Origin: Rhodocyclales bacterium
GTDB lineage: Bacteria; Pseudomonadota; Gammaproteobacteria; Burkholderiales; Rhodocyclaceae
Length of the DNA: 64,000 nt
Assembly: GCA_016214145.1 (NCBI GenBank)
Contig: JACRPA010000010.1
Coordinates: 154,550 to 218,549 of the forward strand
Direction: 5' to 3'
Part shown: one piece after another, positions 20,801 through 30,582 of the stretch
Layout: each line of letters opens with the position of its first letter
Position numbering within the stretch: position 1 is the stretch's first letter
The notes under the pieces: generated by a model
Database searches by the model: none
What the model was told of the DNA's origin: nothing
What the model saw: only the letters and a program-made list of their open reading frames with translations
Made by a program: the position numbers and the translations under genes

Positions 20801-21112
20801 ATGAATCCTGATTACTCCCGCGCCATCCCGCCCGCCTGGAAACACATGTCCAGGGTGTTCACCGCGCTGGGCGACGAACACCGCCAGCGCATTTTGTTGA
20901 CGTTCGAACCCGGCGAGCGGCTCAATGTCGGCCAGATCGCCGAAGTTTCCACGCTGTCCCGCTCCGCCGTTTCGCATCACCTGAAGATCCTGCGCGAGGC
21001 CGGCGTGCTGGAGAGCCGCAAGGAAGGCAAGGAGATTTACTTCTGGATCAACAAAGCCTTCCTGCAGGACACCCTGAGCAACGTGCTCGCCTACATCAAC
21101 TCGAACGCATGA
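20801..21112 (+). CDS. ArsR/SmtB-family transcriptional regulator
   Basis: The HTH is LNVGQIAEVSTLSRSAVSHHLKILREAGVLESRKEGKEIYF. The start is ATG 20801 or ATG 20747. Confidence 0.8.
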   Translation: MNPDYSRAIPPAWKHMSRVFTALGDEHRQRILLTFEPGERLNVGQIAEVSTLSRSAVSHHLKILREAGVLESRKEGKEIYFWINKAFLQDTLSNVLAYINSNA

Positions 21113-22353
21113 ACCGGCGCCGCTTCCTGATCTCCGTCGGCAGCGCCGGCCTTGGACTGGCCGGCCTCGCCGCCTGGCGTTACTGGCCCGAGCATGGTCT
21201 GGTGAACCCCTGCCTGGCGGCCCTTCCGCGCGAAGTGGCCGATCACGAACTGGTGCAGGCCGCCTGGGCGGGCCTCGACCCGGCCCAGGTGTGGGACTGC
21301 CATGCCCACCTCGTCGGCACCGGCGATTCGGGCAGCGGCATCTGGCTCAACCCGGCGCTGGAGTCGATGGTCCATCCTGTGCAATACGCCCAGCGCCTGT
21401 TCTTCCTCAACGCCGGTTGCGCCCACGACGCCCCCGGCCGGGTCGACCAGAGCTACATCGAGCGCATGCACAACCTGCTGGAGGGCATGCGGCCGGGCGC
21501 CAAGCTGATGCTCTTCGCCTTTGACTGGCACCACCGCGAGGACGGCACGGCCGACCGCGACAACAGCTCGTTCCACGTGCCGAACGACTACGCGCGGGAT
21601 TTGGCGCGCAAACATCCGCAGGTCTTCGAGTGGGTGGCCTCGATCCACCCCTACCGCAAGGATTGCGTCGAGGCGCTGGCGCGCGCCGCGGCGGACGGCG
21701 CCCGCGCCATCAAGTGGCTGCCGGCCGCGCAGGGCATGAACCCGGCCTCGCCCCTGTGCGACCGTTTTTTCGAGGCGCTGGCGAAGCTCGATCTGCCACT
21801 GATCAGCCACGCCGGCGAGGAACGCGCGGTGCACGGCGGCAATACGCAGCATTTCGGCAACCCGCTGCTGCTGCGCCGGGCGCTGGACCATGGCGTGCGC
21901 GCGGTGGTCGCCCATTGCGGCTCGATGGGCCAGGATCGCGACATCGACAAGGGCGCGAACGGCCCCCATGTCGACAGCTTCGAGCTCTTCGCCCGCCTGA
22001 TGGACGATCCGGTCTACGGCCCGAAGCTGAACGGCGACATCTCCGCCATGACGCAGCTGAACCGCGCCGGCCCGGCGCTGGAAACCGTGCTCGCGCGCGA
22101 CGACTGGCATCCGCGTCTGCACAACGGCTCGGATTACCCGCTGCCCGGGGTGATGCCGCTGTTTTCCGTTACTTATATGGTGCAGCTCGGCCTGATCCCC
22201 GCCGCCGCCGCGCCGGTGCTCACGGAAATCCGCCGTCACAACCCGCTGCTGTTCGATTTCGTCCTGAAGCGCCACCTGTCGTTCAAGGGCAGGCGCTTCG
22301 CCCCGTCAGTCTTTGCCACCCGACCCTTTTTTGAGAAGAAGGAGAAGAAATGA
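21109..22353 (+). CDS. Amidohydrolase-2-like metal-dependent hydrolase with Tat-type signal
   Basis: The N-terminus MNRRRFLISVGSAGLGLAGLAAW looks like a Tat signal, and a DCHAHL metal-binding motif is present. It shares an ATGA overlap with the arsR stop. Confidence 0.7.
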   Translation: MNRRRFLISVGSAGLGLAGLAAWRYWPEHGLVNPCLAALPREVADHELVQAAWAGLDPAQVWDCHAHLVGTGDSGSGIWLNPALESMVHPVQYAQRLFFLNAGCAHDAPGRVDQSYIERMHNLLEGMRPGAKLMLFAFDWHHREDGTADRDNSSFHVPNDYARDLARKHPQVFEWVASIHPYRKDCVEALARAAADGARAIKWLPAAQGMNPASPLCDRFFEALAKLDLPLISHAGEERAVHGGNTQHFGNPLLLRRALDHGVRAVVAHCGSMGQDRDIDKGANGPHVDSFELFARLMDDPVYGPKLNGDISAMTQLNRAGPALETVLARDDWHPRLHNGSDYPLPGVMPLFSVTYMVQLGLIPAAAAPVLTEIRRHNPLLFDFVLKRHLSFKGRRFAPSVFATRPFFEKKEKK

Positions 22354-22781
22354 AGCTCAAGACACTTGTCATCCTGACTGCCGCCCTGCTGGCCTACGGC
22401 CCGACCTTCGCACAGGATCCTTCGCGCGCCTCGGTGAATGCTTCGGCCGCCGCATCCCGTGCGGTCGGCGTGGTCGTCGCCGGCACCGCGTCCGTCCTGG
22501 TCGTCGGCTCGGTGCTGACCGTCGAAGCGATGGAAAAGCTGGGCGACTCCGTCGTCGTCGTACTGAAAAGCGCTTCCGAGGCGGCCACCGTCTCGGTCAG
22601 GGTGGCGGCCGACCTCTCCGGCAACGCCTCGGTCGCCGTCGGCACGGCGGTCTCCGTGGTGGCCGAGTCCACCGGCCAGGCACTCGTCGTTTCGGGCAAG
22701 ATCATCGCCTTCATCCCCAACGAGATCGGCAAGTCGCTCATCCACCATTCCCGCGTGAAAAACCAGGGGCAGGTCAAATGA
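22350..22781 (+). CDS. Small exported Ala/Val/Ser-rich hypothetical protein
   Basis: Signal peptide MKLKTLVILTAALLAYGPTFAQD. ATGA overlaps with both neighbouring genes. Confidence 0.6.
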   Translation: MKLKTLVILTAALLAYGPTFAQDPSRASVNASAAASRAVGVVVAGTASVLVVGSVLTVEAMEKLGDSVVVVLKSASEAATVSVRVAADLSGNASVAVGTAVSVVAESTGQALVVSGKIIAFIPNEIGKSLIHHSRVKNQGQVK

Positions 22782-23563
22782 GAAAAACGCTCCTCCTCGC
22801 GCTGGCCTGTCTGGCACTACTCGGCGGCCGCGCCCAGGCCGGCCAGACTTGTTCCGAATTCATTCCCACCGCGGAAACCCTGCAGAACGCCTTCCGCCTC
22901 GCCCTGAAGACGCGCGATGCGCTGGAGGCTTCCGGCGCCGAGGTGGCCTTCATCGGCCGCGTCGGACAGGATCTGTCGAAATACCGGTTGCGCTATTCGC
23001 ACCTCGGCTTCGCCTGGCGCGACCATCCGCAGGGGCGCTGGCTGGTGGTGCATGAACTGAACCAGTGCAGCACCGCCAGTTCCGATCTGTTCAACGAGGG
23101 CCTCGCCAATTTCTTCCTCGACGACGTCTTTGCGTGGGAGGCCATGATCGTGGTGCCCGGCGAAGAAATGCAGAAGAAGATCGCCGCCAGCCTGCGCGCG
23201 GGGCATTTCATCCGACTGCACGAACCGAGCTACAACATGCTCGCCTACCCGTTCTCGACGCGCTACCAGAACTCGAACCAGTGGGCGCTGGAAGTGGTGG
23301 CCGACGCCGTCGGTCCCGGCCCGCTCTCCGGCCGCGCCGAAGCGCAGCAGTGGCTGAAGGCCAGCGGCTACGCGCCGACGACGCTGGAAATCCCGGCCAT
23401 GACGCGCCTGGGCGGACGCATGTTCCGCGCCAACATCGCCTTCGACGACCACCCGTCCGAGCGGCGCTGGGCCGGCCAGATCGACACGGTGACGGTGGAA
23501 TCGGTGTTCGCCTTCATCACGGCGCGCGACCCGGCCAGCAAGCGAATTCTGATCCGGCTTTGA
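22778..23563 (+). CDS. DUF2145-like exported protein
   Basis: Start at MRKTLLLALACLALLGGRAQA (ATG 22778). The core FIGRVGQDLSKYRLRYSHLGFAWRDH resembles DUF2145 family members (from memory). Confidence 0.6.
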   Translation: MRKTLLLALACLALLGGRAQAGQTCSEFIPTAETLQNAFRLALKTRDALEASGAEVAFIGRVGQDLSKYRLRYSHLGFAWRDHPQGRWLVVHELNQCSTASSDLFNEGLANFFLDDVFAWEAMIVVPGEEMQKKIAASLRAGHFIRLHEPSYNMLAYPFSTRYQNSNQWALEVVADAVGPGPLSGRAEAQQWLKASGYAPTTLEIPAMTRLGGRMFRANIAFDDHPSERRWAGQIDTVTVESVFAFITARDPASKRILIRL

Positions 23564-23616
23564 ATCGCCAGGCAAGCGTTGCAATAAACAAAACAACAAG
23601 CGGAGGACAAGGGGTC

Positions 23617-26600
23617 ATGGCAATTCTGTTCGGCATCATCGGCATGGCATTGGGGGGGATGATCGGCAGTTGGTTCGGAGCCATCCTCTGTGGCGCAATC
23701 GGTTTTGGCGTCGGCGCCCTGATCAAGAGCAAGACAGATGGCGCGCACGATGAATTGGTTCCGATGCACGGGCAGCCCAGGGAATCCGACTCGCGTTTCG
23801 CCAGTCGCGAATCCGAGCTGGCGGATCCCGCCGCCTTGCGTGCCCATGTGTGGGCCCTGACGCGCGAAGTCGCCGATCTGGAAACAGAGGTGAAACGCCT
23901 GCGCGGCCTGGTCGGAGTCGCCCCCGTTGCTTCCGCGCCTCCACCCACCGCAGCTGCGCCGTCACCGGCCGAGACCCCGGCACCCCCGATCGAAACCGCG
24001 ACTTCGCCGTCCGAACCGACAACCAACGAACCGGTTTCGGCAACGATGGCGGAACCGGAGCCGGCCACGCCAGAAATCGTGCCGGCCGTACTACCGCGGG
24101 ATTCCGCGAACGAACCCGCGGAAACCTGGGGCCGGCCGGTGCAGGTCATGCCGGAGCCGGTCCGGGCAGCCTCGAAATTCGAAGCGGCCGAGCCGGATGC
24201 GCCCGCTGCCGCCGGGCCATCCTTCCTGTCGCGGCTGCTGGCCGGAAACATCGTCGCCAAGCTGGGAGTGATCATCCTTTTCTTCGGCGTCGGCTTCCTG
24301 CTCAAGTTTGCCTACGACCACGGCAAGATGCCGCCGGAACTGCGCGTCCTCGGAATCGCCGCGGTGGCAGCCGTCATGTTCTTCCTCGGCTGGCGCCTGC
24401 AGACGAAGCGTCGGCTGTATGGATTGATCCTGCAGGGCGGCGCCAGCGGCCTGGCCTACCTCGACTGCTTCTTCGCTCTGAAGACCTACGGCTTCGTCAG
24501 TCCGACGATTGGATTTGCCTTGTTCACCGCGCTCGGCGTCGCCACGACATTCGCCGCGGTGCGCCAGGATGCCGTCGTGCTCGCCGTGCTGGGCTTGGCC
24601 GGCGCCTTCATGGCGCCGATCCTGGCATCCACCGGCCAGGGCAGTCATGTGCTGCTGTTCTCCTACTATCTCCTGCTCAACCTGTTCATCCTGGGCGTGA
24701 GCTGGTTCAAGTCGTGGCGTGTGCTCAATCTGACGGGCTTCATATTCACCTTCGTGGTCGGCCTCCTCTGGGGCATGCAGTTCTACCGCCCCGAATTGTT
24801 CCGCTCCGTGGAGCCTTTCGTGCTGGCGTTCTTCGCCATCTATGTGGTCATCCCGGTGCTGTTCGCCACACGTCAGCCGCCTGAATTGAAGGGCCTGGTG
24901 GATGGCACCCTGGTATTCGGGGTGCCGGCCGCGGTAGCGGTCATGCAGGCCGGCCTGGTGCGGGACATGGAATACGGCCTGGCCTGGAGCGCCGCCGCAG
25001 CCGCCGTGCTGTATGCGCTGCTGGCCTTCGCCATGCGCGGACGCGGGATGATGCGTCTTTTGTCGGAAACCTACGCCGCGCTTGCCGTGGGCCTGGCCAC
25101 CCTGGCCGTTTTCTTCGGCTTCGATGCCTATCCGACCTTCGCCATCTGGACCCTCGAAGGCGCCGCCATCCTCTGGGTCGGTCTGCGCCAGAATCGCCCG
25201 CTAGCGCGGGCTTTCGGCATCCTGGTGCAACTCGCTGGGGCGATTCTCTTTCTGAGCGAGTACGCGCAGATCAGCCGCGCCCACGCGGTGCTGAACGATG
25301 CCATCTACGGCTGCGTGTTCGTCACGGTGGCGGGATTGTTCTCGGCACGCCTGCTTCGCCGCCATGCGGATCGTCTCAATCCCTGGGAAGAAGGGCTGGA
25401 TACCGCCGCCCTGCTGTGGGCCGCCGCCTGGTGGTCGCTCGGCGGCCTCGACGCGCTCCATCACGGGGTTTCCGCAAAGCAGTGGCCGGCCTCGATGGCG
25501 CTGTTCTTCACGGCTACGGCACTCGTTGCCGAAATGGCCGGCGCGCGCCTGCAATGGGCGGCGCTGCGACGCCTGGGCCTGGCCCTGCCGCTGGCTCTGC
25601 TCGCCGCCACGGCGGCAAAGGCCAACGTCAGCCACAATCCCCTCGGCGATCTCGGATTCATTGCCTGGCCGATCGGATTCTCTGCGGCATTCTGGATCAT
25701 CCATCGTCAGGAGCGCGACGGCATCGCCCTGGGCGCCCGCCCTGCCTATACGGCAACCTGGCTGCTGCTCGCCGCGCTGGCGACCTGGGAAGAGGCCTGG
25801 CTGCTTTCCAACCGGGATCACCTCGATTGCATGATGCTGGCCCTGGTCGGCTACGCCGCCGGCTATCTGCGCTTCGACCTGCGTGAGCGCAATGCCGAGA
25901 ATCCCTTCCGCGCCAGCTACGCTGTCCTGTTGTGGTCGACGTTCTTCTGGTTCGCCGCCGCACTCGGACTGGCGGAGAAACACCTCGCGGGCGGCGAATT
26001 GATTGCGGCAATGCTCGGCTTCGTGGCGCTGTCCGTGCTCGCCTACGAACTGGCGGGCAGCATCCTGCGCTGGGACGCGTTGCGCCACGGCGTCATCGTC
26101 GCCTGGATCGCCATGCCTGCCGCGGCGGCAGAGCAGTTCCTGCACGGCGTACACCCCTTGGCGTCCTGGGGATGGCTGGCCTGGCCGGCGATCCTTGCCG
26201 TTTCCCTGTCGATCTTCCGCCGTCAGGAAAACCAGGCGCCGGTGCCTGGGGCCGCCGTGTTGCGGGGACTGACTTTATGGCTTCCGGTCACGCTGGCCAC
26301 CATCGAGCTGGTGTGGTGGACGGGCGAATGGAACCTGGGTCAGGCCTGGCATACGGCTGCGTACTGCCTGCCTGCCGCGCTGGCGCTGCTGGCCGTACCG
26401 GCCTGGCGCAATAACTGGCCGGTCCTCGGCAATGAGCAGGTTTACCGCAACAGCCTGCTATGGCCGCTCTATCTCGTCGTCGGCGCGTGGCTGGTGTATG
26501 CCAACGTCCGCTCGCCGGGCGCCATGTCGCCGCTGCCGTACCTGCCTCTGGCAAATCCGCTCGACGCGACAGTCCTGCTGGCGCTGTTAGCCGCATTGCG

Positions 26601-27027
26601 GTTGCGCAACTGGACCGGCGCAGCCGGCACGCCGATGCAAAGTGCGGTCGACAGGATGCTGGCGATATTCGGCTTTTTCTGGGTCAACGCCATCGCGCTG
26701 CGCAGCATTCATTTCTGGGCCGACGTGCCCTACCGCATCGACGCTCTGATGGCCAGCGTCCTGGTGCAGGCGACCTTCTCGCTGCTATGGACCGGCACGG
26801 CCATGGCGCTGATGATCGCGGCACGCCGACAGGCCAGGCGCGCCCTCTGGGCGACTGGGGCCGCCTTGCTGGGCGTCGTGGTGTTGAAGCTGTTCCTTGT
26901 CGATCTGGCGAATTCGGGCACGATTGCGCGCATCGTTTCCTTCATCGGCGTCGGCGGCCTCCTCCTGGCCATCGGTTATCTGGCGCCGGTCCCCCCCGGC
27001 ACCAGGGAAAGCGAGGGGACGAGCTAG
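23617..27027 (+). CDS. Large polytopic membrane protein, DUF2339-like
   Basis: Start at MAILFGIIGMALGG (ATG 23617, GGAGGA upstream). The architecture is an N-terminal TM helix, a coiled coil, a Pro/Ala/Thr-rich linker, and then >20 predicted TM segments. Confidence 0.65.
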   Translation: MAILFGIIGMALGGMIGSWFGAILCGAIGFGVGALIKSKTDGAHDELVPMHGQPRESDSRFASRESELADPAALRAHVWALTREVADLETEVKRLRGLVGVAPVASAPPPTAAAPSPAETPAPPIETATSPSEPTTNEPVSATMAEPEPATPEIVPAVLPRDSANEPAETWGRPVQVMPEPVRAASKFEAAEPDAPAAAGPSFLSRLLAGNIVAKLGVIILFFGVGFLLKFAYDHGKMPPELRVLGIAAVAAVMFFLGWRLQTKRRLYGLILQGGASGLAYLDCFFALKTYGFVSPTIGFALFTALGVATTFAAVRQDAVVLAVLGLAGAFMAPILASTGQGSHVLLFSYYLLLNLFILGVSWFKSWRVLNLTGFIFTFVVGLLWGMQFYRPELFRSVEPFVLAFFAIYVVIPVLFATRQPPELKGLVDGTLVFGVPAAVAVMQAGLVRDMEYGLAWSAAAAAVLYALLAFAMRGRGMMRLLSETYAALAVGLATLAVFFGFDAYPTFAIWTLEGAAILWVGLRQNRPLARAFGILVQLAGAILFLSEYAQISRAHAVLNDAIYGCVFVTVAGLFSARLLRRHADRLNPWEEGLDTAALLWAAAWWSLGGLDALHHGVSAKQWPASMALFFTATALVAEMAGARLQWAALRRLGLALPLALLAATAAKANVSHNPLGDLGFIAWPIGFSAAFWIIHRQERDGIALGARPAYTATWLLLAALATWEEAWLLSNRDHLDCMMLALVGYAAGYLRFDLRERNAENPFRASYAVLLWSTFFWFAAALGLAEKHLAGGELIAAMLGFVALSVLAYELAGSILRWDALRHGVIVAWIAMPAAAAEQFLHGVHPLASWGWLAWPAILAVSLSIFRRQENQAPVPGAAVLRGLTLWLPVTLATIELVWWTGEWNLGQAWHTAAYCLPAALALLAVPAWRNNWPVLGNEQVYRNSLLWPLYLVVGAWLVYANVRSPGAMSPLPYLPLANPLDATVLLALLAALRLRNWTGAAGTPMQSAVDRMLAIFGFFWVNAIALRSIHFWADVPYRIDALMASVLVQATFSLLWTGTAMALMIAARRQARRALWATGAALLGVVVLKLFLVDLANSGTIARIVSFIGVGGLLLAIGYLAPVPPGTRESEGTS

Positions 27028-27028
27028 C

Positions 27029-28912
27029 ATGTCGAACAGCCAATTCTCCCTGCTGCGCGAGCGCCGCTTCGCGCCCTTCTTCGGCGTGCAGTTCCTCGGC
27101 GCGCTCAACGACAACGTCTTCAAGCAGGCGCTGGTGATCCTGCTCACCTACTCCACCGCCAGCTACACGACGATGTCGACGGACATCCTGCAGAACCTGG
27201 CGCAGGCGCTGTTCGTGCTGCCCTTCTTCCTCTTCTCGGCCACCGCCGGCCAGCTGGCGGACAAGTACGAGAAATCGCGCCTGATCAGCATCACGGTGGC
27301 GATCGAGCTGTGCTGCATGGCGCTGGGCGCGGCGGGCTTCTTCCTGCACAGCCTGCCGCTCTTGTTCACCGCCCTCTTCCTCGGCGGCATCCAGTCGGCG
27401 CTGTTCGGCCCGGTGAAGTACGCCATCCTGCCGCAGCACCTGAAGGAGTCCGAAATCGTCGGCGGCAACGGCATGGTCGAGATGGGCACCTCGGTGGCGA
27501 TCCTCGTCGGCATGATGCTGGGCGGCTGGCTGGTGGCGCAGGAGGGCTGGGGCGTCACTGCGGCGGCCTTCGTCACCATGGGCATCTCGGCAACGGGCTT
27601 CCTGCTCTCGCGCCTGATTCCACTGGCGCCGGCGGCCGCCCCTGAACTGAGGATCAACTGGAACCCGCTCACCGAGACCTGGCGCAACCTCCAGTTCATG
27701 CGCGGCAACCGCACGGTGTTCCTCTCGGTGCTGGGCATCTCCTGGTTCTGGTTCTACGGCTCGATCTTCCTCACGCAGTTCCCCAACCTGTCGAAGGACA
27801 TTCTCTCCGGCCAGGAGTCGGTGGTGACGCTGCTGCTGATCGTCTTCTCGATCGGCATCGGCGTCGGCTCGCTCCTGTGCGAGCGCCTGTCCGGCCACAA
27901 GGTGGAGATCGGCCTGGTGCCCTTCGGCTCGATCGGCATGACGCTGTTCGGCATCGACCTTTACTTCGCCCTCGCCGCGCATCTGCAGCATGAGCCGATG
28001 GCGCTGGCGGCCTTCGTGCAGGACGCGGGCCACTGGCGCCTGTTGGCCGACCTGTTCCTCATCGGCCTCTTCGGCGGCTTCTACATCGTGCCGCTGTACG
28101 CGTTGATCCAGATCCGCTCCGAGCCCTCGCATCGGTCGCGCATCATCGCCGGCAACAACATCCTCAACGCGCTGTTCATGGTCGCCGCAGCCGGCATCGC
28201 CATCGGCCTCTTCGCCGCGGGCCTGACCATCCCGCAGCTGCTGCTCGCCACGGCGCTGATGAATGCCGTCGTCGCGCTCTACATCTACCGGCTGGTGCCG
28301 GAGTTCCTCATGCGCTTCATCGTGTGGCTGCTGATCCACTCGGTGTACCGCCTGAAGAAGGAGGGGCTGCAGCACATCCCCGAGGAGGGCCCGGCGGTGA
28401 TCGTCTGCAATCACGTCAGTTTCGTGGACGCGCTGATCATCGCGGCGGCCTGCCCGCGGCCGATCCGCTTCGTCATGGACCACCAGATCTTCAAGCTGCC
28501 CATCATCAGTTTTGTTTTCCGCGAAGGGCGCGCCATTCCGATCGCCTCGGCGAAAGAAGACCCGGCTTTGCTGGAGCGGGCCTACGAGGAAGTGGCAAAG
28601 GCGCTCGAGGCCGGCGACCTGGTCGGCATCTTTCCAGAAGGGCGCATCACCGACACGGGCGAGCTGTATCCGTTCAGGAGGGGCATCACGCGCATCGTCG
28701 AGCGCACCCCGGTGCCGGTGGTGCCGATGGCGCTGAAGGGGCTGTGGGGCAGCTTCTTCTCGCGCAAGGACGGGCCGGCCATGACGCGGCCGTTCCGTCG
28801 CGGCCTGTTCTCGAAAGTCAGTCTGGCCGTGGCGGCGCCCGTATCGCCGGCGGCCGCCACGCCGGAAGCGCTGCAGGAAATCGTCGCCGGCCTGCGCGGC
28901 GATCTTCGATAG
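27029..28912 (+). CDS. MFS lysophospholipid transporter (LplT-like) fused to a PlsC-type acyltransferase
   Basis: Start at MSNSQFSLLRERRFAPFFGVQFLGALNDNVFK (an LplT-like N-terminus). The C-terminal domain carries the acyltransferase HX4D motif (NHVSFVDA) and FPEGRIT. Confidence 0.8.
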   Translation: MSNSQFSLLRERRFAPFFGVQFLGALNDNVFKQALVILLTYSTASYTTMSTDILQNLAQALFVLPFFLFSATAGQLADKYEKSRLISITVAIELCCMALGAAGFFLHSLPLLFTALFLGGIQSALFGPVKYAILPQHLKESEIVGGNGMVEMGTSVAILVGMMLGGWLVAQEGWGVTAAAFVTMGISATGFLLSRLIPLAPAAAPELRINWNPLTETWRNLQFMRGNRTVFLSVLGISWFWFYGSIFLTQFPNLSKDILSGQESVVTLLLIVFSIGIGVGSLLCERLSGHKVEIGLVPFGSIGMTLFGIDLYFALAAHLQHEPMALAAFVQDAGHWRLLADLFLIGLFGGFYIVPLYALIQIRSEPSHRSRIIAGNNILNALFMVAAAGIAIGLFAAGLTIPQLLLATALMNAVVALYIYRLVPEFLMRFIVWLLIHSVYRLKKEGLQHIPEEGPAVIVCNHVSFVDALIIAAACPRPIRFVMDHQIFKLPIISFVFREGRAIPIASAKEDPALLERAYEEVAKALEAGDLVGIFPEGRITDTGELYPFRRGITRIVERTPVPVVPMALKGLWGSFFSRKDGPAMTRPFRRGLFSKVSLAVAAPVSPAAATPEALQEIVAGLRGDLR

Positions 28913-28916
28913 AAGT

Positions 28917-28941
28917 CGCCGTATTGCAGGGACTGCCTTTT
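28917..28941 (-). repeat. Dispersed 25-nt motif, copy E (reverse complement AAAAGGCAGTCCCTGCAATACGGCG)
   Basis: 21 of 25 identical to copy A. It occupies essentially the whole 27-nt spacer between the convergent lplT-fusion gene and parB, and overlaps the parB stop codon. Confidence 0.7.
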
Positions 28942-29785
28942 ACTGGCGCAGCTTTTCGAGGATGCCGTCGAGCTGGTCGAGGCTCGAGAAGCCGATGGCG
29001 ATCTGTCCGGCGCCCTTGGGGCCGACCTTGATCTTCACCTGCGCACCGAGCGCATCCGCGAGTTCTTCCTCGAGACGTGCGACGTCGCGGTCTTCCTTCT
29101 TCGGAGTGACCTTCTGTTTGGGCGGGTTGAGTTCGTGCTGCACCATGCGCTCGGCCTCGCGCACCGAGTAGCCCTTGGCGGCGATGCGGTGGGCGAGCTG
29201 CAGTTGACTGGCCTTGGCCAGCGGCAGCAGGGCGCGGGCGTGGCCCATGTCGATCTGGCCGGACATGAGCAGGTCCTGCACCGGCTTGGCCAGGTGCAGC
29301 AGGCGCAGCAGGTTGCTGGCGGCGGGACGCGAGCGGCCGACGGAATCCGCCGCCTGCTGGTGCGTCATGCCGAATTCGTCGATGAGGCGCTGGATGCCCA
29401 TCGCTTCTTCCAGCGGGTTGAGGTCCTCGCGCTGGATGTTCTCGATGAGCGACATGGCGAGCGCGGAGTCGTCGGGTATGTCGCGCACCAGCACCGGCAC
29501 CTCGTGCAGGCCGGCCAGCTGGGAAGCGCGCCAGCGCCGCTCGCCGGCGATGATCTCGTAGCGGCCGCCGTCGACCGGGCGCACCAGGATCGGCTGCATG
29601 ACGCCCTGGGCCTTGATGGAGGCCGCCAGTTCGTTGAGCGACTCCTGGTCCATGTGCGTGCGCGGCTGGTACTTGCCGGGCTGGAGGTAGTCGACGCGCA
29701 GGCTGTCCTGCCGCTGCGGTTCGCTGCTGTTGCCGGCGAGCAGGGCATCGAGCCCGCGGCCGAGGCCTTTTGGTTTGGCAGCCAT
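28940..29785 (-). CDS. parB: Chromosome partitioning protein ParB
   Basis: Start at MAAKPKGLGRGLDALL (ATG 29785). ParB box GERRWRA and the HTH region are present. Confidence 0.95.
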   Translation of the reverse strand: MAAKPKGLGRGLDALLAGNSSEPQRQDSLRVDYLQPGKYQPRTHMDQESLNELAASIKAQGVMQPILVRPVDGGRYEIIAGERRWRASQLAGLHEVPVLVRDIPDDSALAMSLIENIQREDLNPLEEAMGIQRLIDEFGMTHQQAADSVGRSRPAASNLLRLLHLAKPVQDLLMSGQIDMGHARALLPLAKASQLQLAHRIAAKGYSVREAERMVQHELNPPKQKVTPKKEDRDVARLEEELADALGAQVKIKVGPKGAGQIAIGFSSLDQLDGILEKLRQ

Positions 29786-29799
29786 GTCCTTTTTCTCCC

Positions 29800-30570
29800 T
29801 TAAAATGTCTTGGCGCGTTCGATCATCTCGGCGGCGAAGGCCAGATAGGCCTGCGCGCCTTTCGCGGCGCGATCGAAGAGCACGCCGGGCACGCCGTAGC
29901 TTGGCGCTTCCGCCAGGCGCACGTTGCGCGGCACGATGGATTTGAACACCTTGTCGCCGAAGTGCTGCTCGAGCTGGGCGCTCACCTGGTTGGACAGCGT
30001 GCTGCGCGTGTCGAACATGACGCGCAGCAGGCCGATGATCTTCAGGTCCGGATTGAGGTTGGCGTGCACCTTCTTGATAGTGTTCACCAGGTCGGACAAC
30101 CCTTCCAGCGCGTAGTACTCGCACTGCATCGGGATGATGACGCCGTTGGCGGCGCACAGGCCGTTGAGCGTCAGCAGGCTGAGCGAGGGCGGACAGTCGA
30201 TAAGGACGAAGTCGTAGTCCTTGTCGTGCAGCGCCAGGGCGTGCTTCAAGCGCGTCTCGCGGTTGTCGAGGTCGACCATCTCCACTTCGGCGCCGGCGAG
30301 GTCGCGGTTGGCCGGCAGGGTGTCGTACTTGCCGGTTTCGGAAGCCTGGCGCGCCTCGGCGAGCGAGGAAAGGCCGAGCAATACATGATAGACCGAGCTC
30401 TTCAGCGAGCGCTTGTCCACCCCGCTGCCCATGGTGGCGTTGCCCTGCGGATCGAGGTCCACCAGCAGCACGCGCTGGCCCTGCGCGGCGAGCGCGGCGG
30501 CGAGGTTCACCGTGGTCGTGGTCTTGCCGACCCCGCCCTTCTGGTTGGCGACTGCAAAAATGTGCGACAT
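29800..30570 (-). CDS. parA: Chromosome partitioning ATPase ParA/Soj
   Basis: 256 aa with the deviant Walker A motif KGGVGKTT. Confidence 0.95.
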   Translation of the reverse strand: MSHIFAVANQKGGVGKTTTTVNLAAALAAQGQRVLLVDLDPQGNATMGSGVDKRSLKSSVYHVLLGLSSLAEARQASETGKYDTLPANRDLAGAEVEMVDLDNRETRLKHALALHDKDYDFVLIDCPPSLSLLTLNGLCAANGVIIPMQCEYYALEGLSDLVNTIKKVHANLNPDLKIIGLLRVMFDTRSTLSNQVSAQLEQHFGDKVFKSIVPRNVRLAEAPSYGVPGVLFDRAAKGAQAYLAFAAEMIERAKTF

Positions 30571-30582
30571 GTTTTTCTTTCT

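Noticed and set aside
28814-28837. Possible additional copy (F) of the dispersed motif: AAAGTCAGTCTGGCCGTGGCGGCG
   Set aside because: Only ~18 of 24 identities, concentrated in the first 11 nt. It lies inside the conserved C-terminal coding region of the acyltransferase domain. A rough estimate suggests a match of this quality could arise by chance, so I do not count it.
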